A model generated the notes under the pieces. That model made no database searches. It saw only the letters and a program-made list of their open reading frames with translations, and was not told the DNA's origin. This document shows, one piece after another, positions 1-10,499 of a DNA stretch of 64,000 nt. Position 1 is the first letter of the stretch. Every line of letters begins with the position of its first letter. A program made the position numbers and the translations under genes. Source of the DNA: Candidatus Nomurabacteria bacterium (GTDB taxonomy: Bacteria > Patescibacteriota > Minisyncoccia > Phycocordibacterales > UBA9973); assembly GCA_963842815.1 (NCBI GenBank), contig CAWJHU010000001.1:12866-76865 (forward strand), in the 5' to 3' direction.

Positions 1-107
1 AAAGTAGCTAGCAATTAGTTTTATTCCCAGGGGGATTTGTTTTTTATCACTCATTTTATATATATATTTAACTTCTTAATTTTTTCCTTATAAATTACTT
101 TAATCTG

Positions 108-194
108 CGGAGAGAGAGGGATTCGAACCCTCGGTGCCATTTCTGACACACATCCTTTCCAGGGATGCCGATTAAACCACTCTCGCATCTCTCC
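108..194 (-). tRNA. tRNA-Ser (anticodon GGA), type II with long variable arm
   Basis: Reverse complement folds as a cloverleaf: acceptor GGAGAGA/TCTCTCC, anticodon stem CATCC/GGATG with loop CTGGAAA (U33, anticodon GGA), long variable arm, T-arm GAGGG-TTCGAAT-CCCTC. CCA is not encoded. Confidence 0.8.
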
Positions 195-603
195 ATAAAT
201 TTTCAATTATCTTTTGCAACCTTAAAAAATCTTCTTTGCACGAATATCTTATCTTGAACGTTCCAAACGGATTTGCTTTGAATTTACCCATTTTTTGTTT
301 CAAACATATTGACTGTTGAAATTGTTTTAATGGAATAGATGAAGCCTTTGACCAAAACAACTTCAATTTTTTCTCATTTAAATCTGGGTAAAAGAAAATC
401 TGTCCCTTAACGCGTTTCCGATCAGCTTTGATAACTTTTTTTAGAAACAAACTGAAGCTTTTTATGATATATGGGTCGGAATTGGTTAATTCTATTGAAT
501 AAATATATCGACCTTCCCCCCTGTAGTCTCGCCTTGCCTTAGTACCTTCACAAGCATAAAGCGAAGCGCCTAAAATTGTCAACTCTTTAATATTCATTAT
601 CAC
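172..603 (-). CDS. Hypothetical protein, possibly a single-motif LAGLIDADG-like homing endonuclease; its 3' end overlaps the 5' end of tRNA-Ser by ~23 nt
   Basis: 143-aa ORF. N-terminal 'ILGASLYACEGT' loosely resembles a LAGLIDADG motif and the ~150-aa size fits single-motif enzymes. I do not recognise it with certainty. Confidence 0.3.
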   Translation of the reverse strand: MIMNIKELTILGASLYACEGTKARRDYRGEGRYIYSIELTNSDPYIIKSFSLFLKKVIKADRKRVKGQIFFYPDLNEKKLKLFWSKASSIPLKQFQQSICLKQKMGKFKANPFGTFKIRYSCKEDFLRLQKIIENLWRDARVV

Positions 604-645
604 GCTATTATAGCGTAAAAATTATTTAAAGTAAATACAGATATA

Positions 646-1167
646 TTAAATTTTCACTTCTAAAAGAGAACTCTTTTTTAGAACAAAAAATTCTTCTTTA
701 GCCAACCATTTATTTATCAACGGACTTAAGGTAAGAGCAAAACCGATGTTGCCTGCCAGATGCAGGGCAGTAAAAGGAATTTGCATAACAAGGGCGTTTA
801 ATATTGTTTGCCCGAACATCGGAGCAAAGGAAACTCCGGTGATGAGGTCATAAATTATAGTTGCCATAAATGCGAACAAGGCAAAATTGAAAGCGGATGA
901 TTTGAATTTTTTGAAATAGAAAAAAGAAGCCATTCCCACAAGGCCGTAGGATATGCCTGCAACCCATGTCCAGGCTCCAAAATGAGTCAAAAGGTCGTAG
1001 ATAATAATACTAAGGAAACCGAAAATAAACCCTAAAACAGCCCCATATTTGCGTCCTAGGGGCATTATAGAGGCCATTATGGGTTCCACATTGGGGGCTC
1101 TTAGGGGAATTAATCTGAACAAAAGACAACCGGCAAAGATAATAAAAATTTTTGCTTTATCTTTCAT
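646..1167 (-). CDS. Integral membrane protein with about five predicted TM helices, resembling an ECF-transporter S component / small-substrate transporter
   Basis: 173-aa highly hydrophobic ORF with a regular TM pattern. The family assignment is tentative. Confidence 0.4.
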   Translation of the reverse strand: MKDKAKIFIIFAGCLLFRLIPLRAPNVEPIMASIMPLGRKYGAVLGFIFGFLSIIIYDLLTHFGAWTWVAGISYGLVGMASFFYFKKFKSSAFNFALFAFMATIIYDLITGVSFAPMFGQTILNALVMQIPFTALHLAGNIGFALTLSPLINKWLAKEEFFVLKKSSLLEVKI

Positions 1168-1173
1168 GGATTT

Positions 1174-3204
<2,031 letters not shown>

Positions 3205-3223
3205 GACAAAAATAACATTTTAT

Positions 3224-4393
3224 TTATGGCGAAACCGTAACAGTATTTGACCTAAGGCTTTCACTGCCCTGGCCGTTGGGGAAAAAACGGAAATTATAGT
3301 CGCCCGGAGTGCTGGGCATAACAAAAGTACAAGAGCCGGAAGAAATTGCCCCGTCAGCTGGACTTTGAGAACAACCGTTGCCAAAAACCCAGTCGGGGTA
3401 AGGGGGGTCGCTATCAGGCGTAGAAATATTATATTTTCCTATCCAATCCGTAGAAGTTGGGTCGGGAATATCGGCAAAGGTCACTGTAACAGTATCTCCG
3501 GGACTGACGGTGCTGGGGCTGGCTACCAACGTGGGATTATTTTCTGCCGGAGGAGAAGAACTGCTCACCGTAACAGTATTGGAAGCGGTAATTAAAGTAA
3601 GACCATCGTTTTCAAAAATACGGAAATTATAGTCGCCCGGAGTGCTGGGCATAATAAATTTGCAAGAACCGGAAGCAAATGCCGTTCCGTCAACAATTGT
3701 CTGAGAACAATCAGGAGAGCCGTTATCATAAACCCAGGCATAACCATCGGGATAACTGCCATCCGCAAAAGGAGAATTATCTTCCGCAGAAGTGGTATAT
3801 TCCCCTATCCAATCACGAGCAGTCGGTTCTTGAATTCCGGAAAATGTTACCGTAACAGTATCTCCAGGGTTAGCGGCGCTTGGACTGGCTATCAATACCG
3901 GGTTGCTGGAATTGCTGACATAAGTAACCTGCAGTTCGCGTTCAACACGATTGGTGCTGGATGATGCACAAGAGGCATCGCCGATATTGTATCCCTTGGA
4001 GGTAACAACGGTTGTCGGAAAATCGGATTTATCCACAACTACTTTAGCGCAATTTTGTCCATTAGTGCCTAGTCCAGGGACAACGAAACTCCAAAGAGGA
4101 GAAACTCCGGAAAGAGTAATCGGACTTCCGGAACAATTCATGGTTGCCGTCCCGGTAAAAGCATTATCGGCAGGATTTTCTTTGTCATAATAGAGAGCGC
4201 ATTCCGCTCCGGTGTCGGCGGCAAAAAAAGCGTCGTTGGTATCCTTGGCCGAACCGCCAAAATTAATTTCTTTGAGCGCAATACTCATAACGCCCAAGGT
4301 TATTGCCAGAATAATGCTTGAAATCATTACTGCATACAAAAGGGTGAAACCTCTATTCTTTTTTATATCTTTTATTTTCATCATTCTGTCCAA
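3224..4393 (-). CDS. Large pseudopilin / pilus-associated protein with a prepilin-type N-terminus and two internal ~100-aa tandem repeat domains
   Basis: N-terminus 'KKNRGFTLLYAVMISSIILAITLGV' is a class III signal (G|FTLL), though position +5 is Tyr rather than Glu. Two repeats 'NP.L.ASPS...PGDTVTVTF...DWIG.Y......MPSTPGDYNFR.F' are also visible at DNA level (3281-3330 vs 3601-3650). Confidence 0.65.
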   Translation of the reverse strand: MDRMMKIKDIKKNRGFTLLYAVMISSIILAITLGVMSIALKEINFGGSAKDTNDAFFAADTGAECALYYDKENPADNAFTGTATMNCSGSPITLSGVSPLWSFVVPGLGTNGQNCAKVVVDKSDFPTTVVTSKGYNIGDASCASSSTNRVERELQVTYVSNSSNPVLIASPSAANPGDTVTVTFSGIQEPTARDWIGEYTTSAEDNSPFADGSYPDGYAWVYDNGSPDCSQTIVDGTAFASGSCKFIMPSTPGDYNFRIFENDGLTLITASNTVTVSSSSPPAENNPTLVASPSTVSPGDTVTVTFADIPDPTSTDWIGKYNISTPDSDPPYPDWVFGNGCSQSPADGAISSGSCTFVMPSTPGDYNFRFFPNGQGSESLRSNTVTVSP

Positions 4394-4818
4394 TTGAATA
4401 AATCTTCCGAAAAAGTAACGCTAAAATTCCCGGATCCCTGGGTCCAGGAAACGGTTGAATTGATTTTTACTTCATTGGGATTTGAGGGAACCGGCAACAT
4501 TGATATTGTGCGAACGAAATTGGGGTCGGGGCTGGAATAATTTTTATTGGCAGCTAAAAAATTGTTCCAGGTAAGCCCGGTGGTATTGGCAAATAAAACA
4601 TAATTGTCTCTCATGTTTCTGACATATTCAATGCCTCCCTGGGCCAGATATTCGGCTGTAATTTTTGTTTTGGCATAATTTGTATTTGAAATCCCGCTAC
4701 CCAAGATAGACATCAGAGCTACAATGGAGACGGAAAAAATTGAAATGGCTATAAGCGTTTCAACCAGAGTGAAACCGTCGTTCAATTTATTGATTTTTTT
4801 TAAATATCCTTTTTTCAT
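4381..4818 (-). CDS. Type IV pilus minor pilin / pseudopilin
   Basis: N-terminal prepilin signal 'NDGFTLVETLIAISIFSVSIVAL' (G|FTLVE, Glu at +5) followed by a hydrophobic helix. Confidence 0.75.
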   Translation of the reverse strand: MKKGYLKKINKLNDGFTLVETLIAISIFSVSIVALMSILGSGISNTNYAKTKITAEYLAQGGIEYVRNMRDNYVLFANTTGLTWNNFLAANKNYSSPDPNFVRTISMLPVPSNPNEVKINSTVSWTQGSGNFSVTFSEDLFNWTE

Positions 4819-4819
4819 T

Positions 4820-5422
4820 TTAAGGCGAAGTATCTATTAATCTCTGGGATACCGCGGTTTCTAGCGAAAAGGGTGTGCTGATATCTTTATAAGTTATTGC
4901 TCCGGATAGTTTGATTATCGCGAAGGGCTGCAGAGTGTCCGAAGACTCCGCGCCGGTTACCCAAAATCCGGAGTTTGCGTCCAAACTTATTTCACTGGAA
5001 TTCAACTGAGTCCAAGTTGTTCCGCCATTAATGGATTTGCTGATATTATTGGATTCAATTTTATATATCCATTGGTCTTTATTATCTGGATTGCCGGAGG
5101 AAGGTTCAAATGCGATTATAACCCCGCCATTGGAACAACTTAAAGGAGAAAAAGGGATGCCAATATCCGACAAAGATAAATTATTGCTGCAATGATAATC
5201 ATATCCGGTTCGCAAATTTCTAGACATATCTTCCATAATAAAACTTAAATTGTCCATAATGGAGCGCATATCCTGAGATTTTGTATGAATCAAACTGGCG
5301 TTCAAAAGAGCCCCCATGCCAATCATAACCACCACCAAAAAAAGAGAAATGGCTATCATGGTTTCTATGATGGTGAATCCGGCAGTTTTTTTATTATTTT
5401 TTTTTATGTTGAACCTAGGCAT
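4820..5422 (-). CDS. Type IV pilus minor pilin / pseudopilin
   Basis: N-terminal 'KKTAGFTIIETMIAISLFLVVVMIG' (G|FTIIE). Confidence 0.75.
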   Translation of the reverse strand: MPRFNIKKNNKKTAGFTIIETMIAISLFLVVVMIGMGALLNASLIHTKSQDMRSIMDNLSFIMEDMSRNLRTGYDYHCSNNLSLSDIGIPFSPLSCSNGGVIIAFEPSSGNPDNKDQWIYKIESNNISKSINGGTTWTQLNSSEISLDANSGFWVTGAESSDTLQPFAIIKLSGAITYKDISTPFSLETAVSQRLIDTSP

Positions 5423-5994
5423 TGATTTAATTGAATTCTACCCGAAGGATAAACATCTATGCAAGAAGTTATGGAGGATGGAGAAATAATGGTAATTTGA
5501 ATATATTCAAGACCGGGTAATAAACCGCTGGAAGTGAAAATTGCGCCGGAATCCGGTCTGGTAAAAGTAATGGAGAGAGGGTTTGTAATTTGCTGAAGAA
5601 GAGTAGTGCCCGCATAGCTGTCTATTCTGGATATGGAATTATTTTTTGTTATATTTATGGTGTCCAGTGCCTCCCCCGTGTCATAACCATTGGAAGGATT
5701 ATTCAGGTCGGCAAAATAAATAAATTGCTTAGGAGAAGAGGGGTCAAAATATAATCCATAGGACGGTTTCCAGTTTGCGGGAGAACTCAACGGCAATTCA
5801 CCCGACAAAGCCGATTTTTGCGCCTCCACAATTTTCATGGCAATATCGTTGGCTAAAACTTTTATGTCCACCTTTTCCTGAAATCCGCCATAATTAAAAA
5901 GAACAATGGAAGTCATGATGGAAAAAATACTCAAAACTACAATGAGTTCCACATAGGTCATGCCTGAATTATAACTGCGAATTTTTTTAATCAT
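5404..5994 (-). CDS. Type IV pilus minor pilin / pseudopilin (GspH/FimT-like)
   Basis: N-terminal 'SGMTYVELIVVLSIFSIMTSIVL' (G|MTYVE). Confidence 0.65.
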   Translation of the reverse strand: MIKKIRSYNSGMTYVELIVVLSIFSIMTSIVLFNYGGFQEKVDIKVLANDIAMKIVEAQKSALSGELPLSSPANWKPSYGLYFDPSSPKQFIYFADLNNPSNGYDTGEALDTINITKNNSISRIDSYAGTTLLQQITNPLSITFTRPDSGAIFTSSGLLPGLEYIQITIISPSSITSCIDVYPSGRIQLNQCLGST

Positions 5995-5999
5995 TAAAA

Positions 6000-6791
6000 T
6001 TAAAAACCGGCCGGGAAAAGATGCAATTCAAAAAGAAAAGCAATCAACACGCCTAAAACCAAGAATGGAGCAAAGGGAATCTCGCTTTTTATTCCGTGCT
6101 TCTTTGAAAAGGCAATGAGAATGAGCCCCACAATTGCTCCGGACCAAAAAGCTATCACTGCTCCGGAAAGCAATCTGGAAAATCCGAGAAGCCAGCCTAA
6201 TCCCAGCGCGAGTTTTGCATCTCCCAACCCCATCCAGCTGCCCTTGGAGACAAGCCACAAAAAAGCAAAAGGCAGAGCCAGCAGTAATCCGGATAAAAAT
6301 TCCAGTATGGACGGAAGATGGGGATAAAATATAAAATCCGCGAAGAAAAACAACCCAATAAAAGCGATTAAACCGAAAATAAAAGCAAGAGTGTCGGGAA
6401 TGATCTTATGCTTAAAATCATAGACGGCGATAACCAAAAGAATGGAAAACATGGTGGCGTAATAGGCATAGGAAATGGAAAATGCAAATGTGTTTATGAA
6501 AAAAATATCCTGAAACTTCAAAAATAATCCCGCAAAAATCAATCCCGAAAGAAGTTCAACTATGGGATATTGGATTGAAATTTTTGCTTTGCAATTTCGG
6601 CATCTTCCCTTGAGAGCAAAAAAACTAATCAAGGGAATGAGTTCATGCCAACAAAGTTGTTTTTGGCAGGTCATGCATCCGCTTCTTCCGCCGAAAGAAC
6701 GACTGGTATTAAACCTAAAAATAACAACATTCAAGAAACTGCCGATAATAAGACCCAGAATGGAGAAAATAATTGTAAGAGTGAAAGTCAT
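6000..6791 (-). CDS. pilD: Prepilin peptidase (A24 family) PilD
   Basis: Polytopic membrane protein with N-terminal CxxC...CxxC ('CMTCQ...CRNC'), a catalytic Asp region 'GLGDAKLALGLG', and an overall A24 peptidase arrangement. Confidence 0.85.
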   Translation of the reverse strand: MTFTLTIIFSILGLIIGSFLNVVIFRFNTSRSFGGRSGCMTCQKQLCWHELIPLISFFALKGRCRNCKAKISIQYPIVELLSGLIFAGLFLKFQDIFFINTFAFSISYAYYATMFSILLVIAVYDFKHKIIPDTLAFIFGLIAFIGLFFFADFIFYPHLPSILEFLSGLLLALPFAFLWLVSKGSWMGLGDAKLALGLGWLLGFSRLLSGAVIAFWSGAIVGLILIAFSKKHGIKSEIPFAPFLVLGVLIAFLFELHLFPAGF

Positions 6792-6805
6792 AATGATTTT
6801 TATAG

Positions 6806-7285
6806 TTAATTACAAGAAAAAGTCGTAGTACTTATGGCACCAGTGGCGGCATAGGGTTCTTGTTTTGACATTCCCCCGCTATCTACGCACCAAGAAGTAT
6901 TGGCTGTTGATTTCAAGCCGACAGCCACAGCCCAGTTGAGGGAAGAATTATAACAGGAACTTTTATTGCCTCTTTTGACCGCTTCCGTTATGGCATTGGA
7001 AATTGTTTTATCCTTGGCCAGCATATTTGACCCTGAAGCGTTATAGAGCGGACAGTTACCAATGCCGTAGGCAGAACCGCCGGCCGGCAAAAATGAATTG
7101 TCATTATTGGAATAAAAAAGTTCCGTTTGACCTCTGATGGTATCCAGATTACTTTTTACAGCCGCATCGGCGCCTTTGTTTCTGGAACTATCCAATACTA
7201 CTAAAGTAACCGAAACCAGGATAGCGATGATGGCTACCACGACCAAAAGTTCAATTAAGGTGAAGCCCTTTTTGAAGTTTTTCAT
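6806..7285 (-). CDS. Type IV pilin (variant paralog of the triplicated major pilin)
   Basis: N-terminal 'MKNFKKGFTLIELLVVVAIIAILVSV' is almost identical to the three copies upstream. The C-terminal domain is different and contains Cys pairs. Confidence 0.85.
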   Translation of the reverse strand: MKNFKKGFTLIELLVVVAIIAILVSVTLVVLDSSRNKGADAAVKSNLDTIRGQTELFYSNNDNSFLPAGGSAYGIGNCPLYNASGSNMLAKDKTISNAITEAVKRGNKSSCYNSSLNWAVAVGLKSTANTSWCVDSGGMSKQEPYAATGAISTTTFSCN

Positions 7286-7350
7286 ATAAAAATAAAATTA
7301 TAATAATACTTTATAACTTATTAATTATAGCATATCCATAAACAAACAAA

Positions 7351-7385
7351 AACCACCCCAAGTGAAAAATGAGGCGGTTTTTGTT
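7351..7385 (-). terminator. Intrinsic terminator hairpin downstream of each pilin copy (also at 7991-8025 and 8631-8665)
   Basis: The minus-strand RNA has aaccgccuca/uggggugguu as a 10-bp stem (with G-U pairs) followed by UUUUU. On the plus strand it is T-rich as well. Confidence 0.6.
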
Positions 7386-7404
7386 TTTCAGAACTAACCA
7401 AAGA

Positions 7405-7869
7405 TTACGGACAAACTGTAACACCAGAACCCAAAGAAGCTGATTCTTTTGAAGCCCCGGTAGAATCTACACACCAACCATCACTGGCCGTGGCAGGACC
7501 CTTCAAAGATGTAATGGCAGCCCAAGCAGTAGCAGAATCATGACAAACAGAAGAGTTTGCGGCACCTGTGGCGCTGTAGGCAAATGCATTAGAGGTAACC
7601 GTGTTTCCTGATGCTAGCTTTTGCGCAGCATTCAATATCATAGGACCGACACCTCCCGTAGCGGTACAAACACTGGCATATGTTTGGCCTGTATCATAGA
7701 AAAGTTCAGCCTGAGCACGGGCACCGGACATAGCAGCCTTAATGGCGGCATCTGAACCTTTTGTTCGGGCACTATTCAATGAAGCCAGAACAACTGAGGC
7801 CAAAATACCGATGATAGCTACCACGACCAAGAGTTCAATTAATGTAAAACCTTTTTTAAAATTCTTCAT
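7405..7869 (-). CDS. pilA: Type IV major pilin, tandem copy 1
   Basis: 154 aa, 'MKNFKKGFTLIELLVVVAIIGILASV...'. Identical to copy 2. Confidence 0.9.
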   Translation of the reverse strand: MKNFKKGFTLIELLVVVAIIGILASVVLASLNSARTKGSDAAIKAAMSGARAQAELFYDTGQTYASVCTATGGVGPMILNAAQKLASGNTVTSNAFAYSATGAANSSVCHDSATAWAAITSLKGPATASDGWCVDSTGASKESASLGSGVTVCP

Positions 7870-8044
7870 AATTTTTTATTCCGCTATGGCGGAACAACTT
7901 AATATTAACTAATAATTTTTTCCCCATCCTTAAATGGGATTTTCGACTTATTTTAAATACGCATATAATTATACCAAATATAAAAACAAAAACCACCCCA
8001 AGTGAAAAATGAGGCGGTTTTTGTTTTTCAGAACTAACCAAAGA

Positions 8045-8509
8045 TTACGGACAAACTGTAACACCAGAACCCAAAGAAGCTGATTCTTTTGAAGCCCCGG
8101 TAGAATCTACACACCAACCATCACTGGCCGTGGCAGGACCCTTCAAAGATGTAATGGCAGCCCAAGCAGTAGCAGAATCATGACAAACAGAAGAGTTTGC
8201 GGCACCTGTGGCGCTGTAGGCAAATGCATTAGAGGTAACCGTGTTTCCTGATGCTAGCTTTTGCGCAGCATTCAATATCATAGGACCGACACCTCCCGTA
8301 GCGGTACAAACACTGGCATATGTTTGGCCTGTATCATAGAAAAGTTCAGCCTGAGCACGGGCACCGGACATAGCAGCCTTAATGGCGGCATCTGAACCTT
8401 TTGTTCGGGCACTATTCAATGAAGCCAGAACAACTGAGGCCAAAATACCGATGATAGCTACCACGACCAAGAGTTCAATTAATGTAAAACCTTTTTTAAA
8501 ATTCTTCAT
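8045..8509 (-). CDS. pilA: Type IV major pilin, tandem copy 2 (identical to copy 1)
   Basis: Protein and DNA identical to 7405..7869, with a 640-bp period. Confidence 0.9.
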   Translation of the reverse strand: MKNFKKGFTLIELLVVVAIIGILASVVLASLNSARTKGSDAAIKAAMSGARAQAELFYDTGQTYASVCTATGGVGPMILNAAQKLASGNTVTSNAFAYSATGAANSSVCHDSATAWAAITSLKGPATASDGWCVDSTGASKESASLGSGVTVCP

Positions 8510-8684
8510 AATTTTTTATTCCGCTATGGCGGAACAACTTAATATTAACTAATAATTTTTTCCCCATCCTTAAATGGGATTTTCGACTTATTTTAAATAC
8601 GCATATAATTATACCAAATATAAAAACAAAAACCACCCCAAGTGAAAAATGAGGCGGTTTTTGTTTTTCAGAACTAACCAAAGA

Positions 8685-9149
8685 TTACGGACAAACTGTA
8701 ACACCAGAACCCAAAGAAGCTGATTCTTTTGAAGCCCCGGTAGAATCTACACACCAACCATCACTGGCCGTGGCAGGACCCTTCAAAGATGTAATGGCAG
8801 CCCAAGCAGTAGCAGAATCATGACAAACAGAAGAGTTTGCGGCACCTGTGGCGCTGTAGGCAAAATCTCCTGTACCTACTGTATTGGTTGCCGCTAGCTT
8901 TTGCGCAGCATTCAATATCATAGGACCGACACCTCCCGTAGCGGTACAAACACTGGCATATGTTTGGCCTGTATCATAGAAAAGTTCAGCCTGAGCACGG
9001 GCACCGGACATAGCAGCCTTAATGGCGGCATCTGAACCTTTTGTTCGGGCACTATTCAATGAAGCCAGAACAACTGAGGCCAAAATACCGATGATAGCTA
9101 CCACGACCAAGAGTTCAATTAATGTAAAACCTTTTTTAAAATTCTTCAT
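8685..9149 (-). CDS. pilA: Type IV major pilin, tandem copy 3 with a mosaic patch (AATNTVGTGDFAYS vs ASGNTVTSNAFAYS)
   Basis: Identical to copies 1 and 2 except for a ~35-nt substituted block at about 8861-8895. Confidence 0.9.
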   Translation of the reverse strand: MKNFKKGFTLIELLVVVAIIGILASVVLASLNSARTKGSDAAIKAAMSGARAQAELFYDTGQTYASVCTATGGVGPMILNAAQKLAATNTVGTGDFAYSATGAANSSVCHDSATAWAAITSLKGPATASDGWCVDSTGASKESASLGSGVTVCP

Positions 9150-9278
9150 AATTTACTTCTCTTACCCCATCCTAATGAGGTAAATTAACATCAATTAATA
9201 ATTTCGACTTATTCTTAATGAGCATATTATAACTTTTATTCTTACGGATGTGCAAAAGAGTTATCCACACCCGATTTT

Positions 9279-10487
9279 TTATTGTATGCTTCCGGCAAGG
9301 TTGTAAATAGGCATTAGAACAGAAACCAAAAGCACTCCTACGCCCAAACCTAAAACCACAATCATAACCGGCTCAATCAGGCCAACCAATGTGTCAACGG
9401 CGCCATCAACTTCCCGTTTATAAAAATCCGCCAAAGTTTTTAAAATTTCCCCCAGAGAGCCCGTTTCTTCTCCAATTTTAATCATTTGCACCATAATACC
9501 CGGAACCTGGGCCGTATGTTTTTCAAAGGCGGCAGAAAAAGACAGCCCCGATTTTACTCCATCGGCCACGTCTTTTAAAATGTCTCTATAGACTCGGCTA
9601 CCGACAACATCGGAAGTAATATCTATGGCCCGAACTATGGGGACTCCGGAGATAAGCATTGTATCCATATTGTCCGCTATTCTGGAAAGGTAAAGTTTTT
9701 TGTAAAGATTTCCTACGGCCGGCGTGGAGAGACGGATATTGTCCAGATAGATTTTGCCTTTTTCCGTGCTGGAAAGTCTCCACAACCAAATACCCAAAAG
9801 GATTATAAAAATAATGAGGAGAAAACCATAATGCAAGGAAAAATTGGAAAGGGCGATGACTATTTTTGTGTAAATCGGCGGGTCCTGCCCGGAATCAAGA
9901 ATAATAGCCGAAAGCTTAGGAATAACCACCACAAACATAAGTCCCATCACCACAAAAAAAGTGCAAATAACGAATATGGGATAGATAAGCGCATTTCTTG
10001 TTTTGGAAGTGAGAGAATATTGGCGGTCCAAATAATTTGCCAGATGTTCAAAAGTTTCATTCAATTTGCCGGTCTCTTCTCCCACCTTAACCATGTTGAC
10101 ATAAAAATTGGAAAAAACATCCGGGTGCTTGGCCAAGGCTCCGGAAATGGAAATTCCGGCCTGAAGGTCGTCGCTTATTTCCGTAAGTTTTTTGGAGAGA
10201 AGTTTATTTTCCGTATTGGCGGCCAGCATGGTAAAAGTTTTCAAAGCGGAAACTTGGGCGGTAAACAAAGTTGAAATCTGGCGGGAAAGAATCACGATTT
10301 CCTTCATGGAAACTTTTTCAAGAAAAGAAAAAGAGAGGAAGGATTTATTTTTTCCTTCTTCTCTGATGGAAATAATAATCAATCCCCTTCTCTGCAGGCC
10401 ACTGATGGCCATATCGCGGTTGGGCGCATCAATCTCCCCTTCTTTTTCTATTCCTTTGTCGTCTACCGATTTATATTTAAATAACAT
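9279..10487 (-). CDS. pilC: Type IV pilus assembly platform protein PilC (GspF family)
   Basis: 402 aa with two repeated GspF-like domains and three TM segments. Its position between pilT and the pilin genes fits. Confidence 0.85.
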   Translation of the reverse strand: MLFKYKSVDDKGIEKEGEIDAPNRDMAISGLQRRGLIIISIREEGKNKSFLSFSFLEKVSMKEIVILSRQISTLFTAQVSALKTFTMLAANTENKLLSKKLTEISDDLQAGISISGALAKHPDVFSNFYVNMVKVGEETGKLNETFEHLANYLDRQYSLTSKTRNALIYPIFVICTFFVVMGLMFVVVIPKLSAIILDSGQDPPIYTKIVIALSNFSLHYGFLLIIFIILLGIWLWRLSSTEKGKIYLDNIRLSTPAVGNLYKKLYLSRIADNMDTMLISGVPIVRAIDITSDVVGSRVYRDILKDVADGVKSGLSFSAAFEKHTAQVPGIMVQMIKIGEETGSLGEILKTLADFYKREVDGAVDTLVGLIEPVMIVVLGLGVGVLLVSVLMPIYNLAGSIQ

Positions 10488-10499
10488 AAATTATAATTA

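Larger units (their letters stand above)
7346..9152. repeat. About 2.8 copies of a perfect 640-bp tandem repeat (pilin gene + promoter + terminator cassette)
   Basis: 7346-7985 = 7986-8625 = 8626-~9152. ORF starts fall at 7869, 8509 and 9149, each 640 apart. Confidence 0.9.

Noticed and set aside
7856-8681. 61-aa ORFs (7856-8041 and 8496-8681) between the pilin copies
   Set aside because: They lie in the promoter/terminator spacer of the 640-bp repeat and are identical only because the DNA repeat is identical. There is no RBS or coding-like composition.
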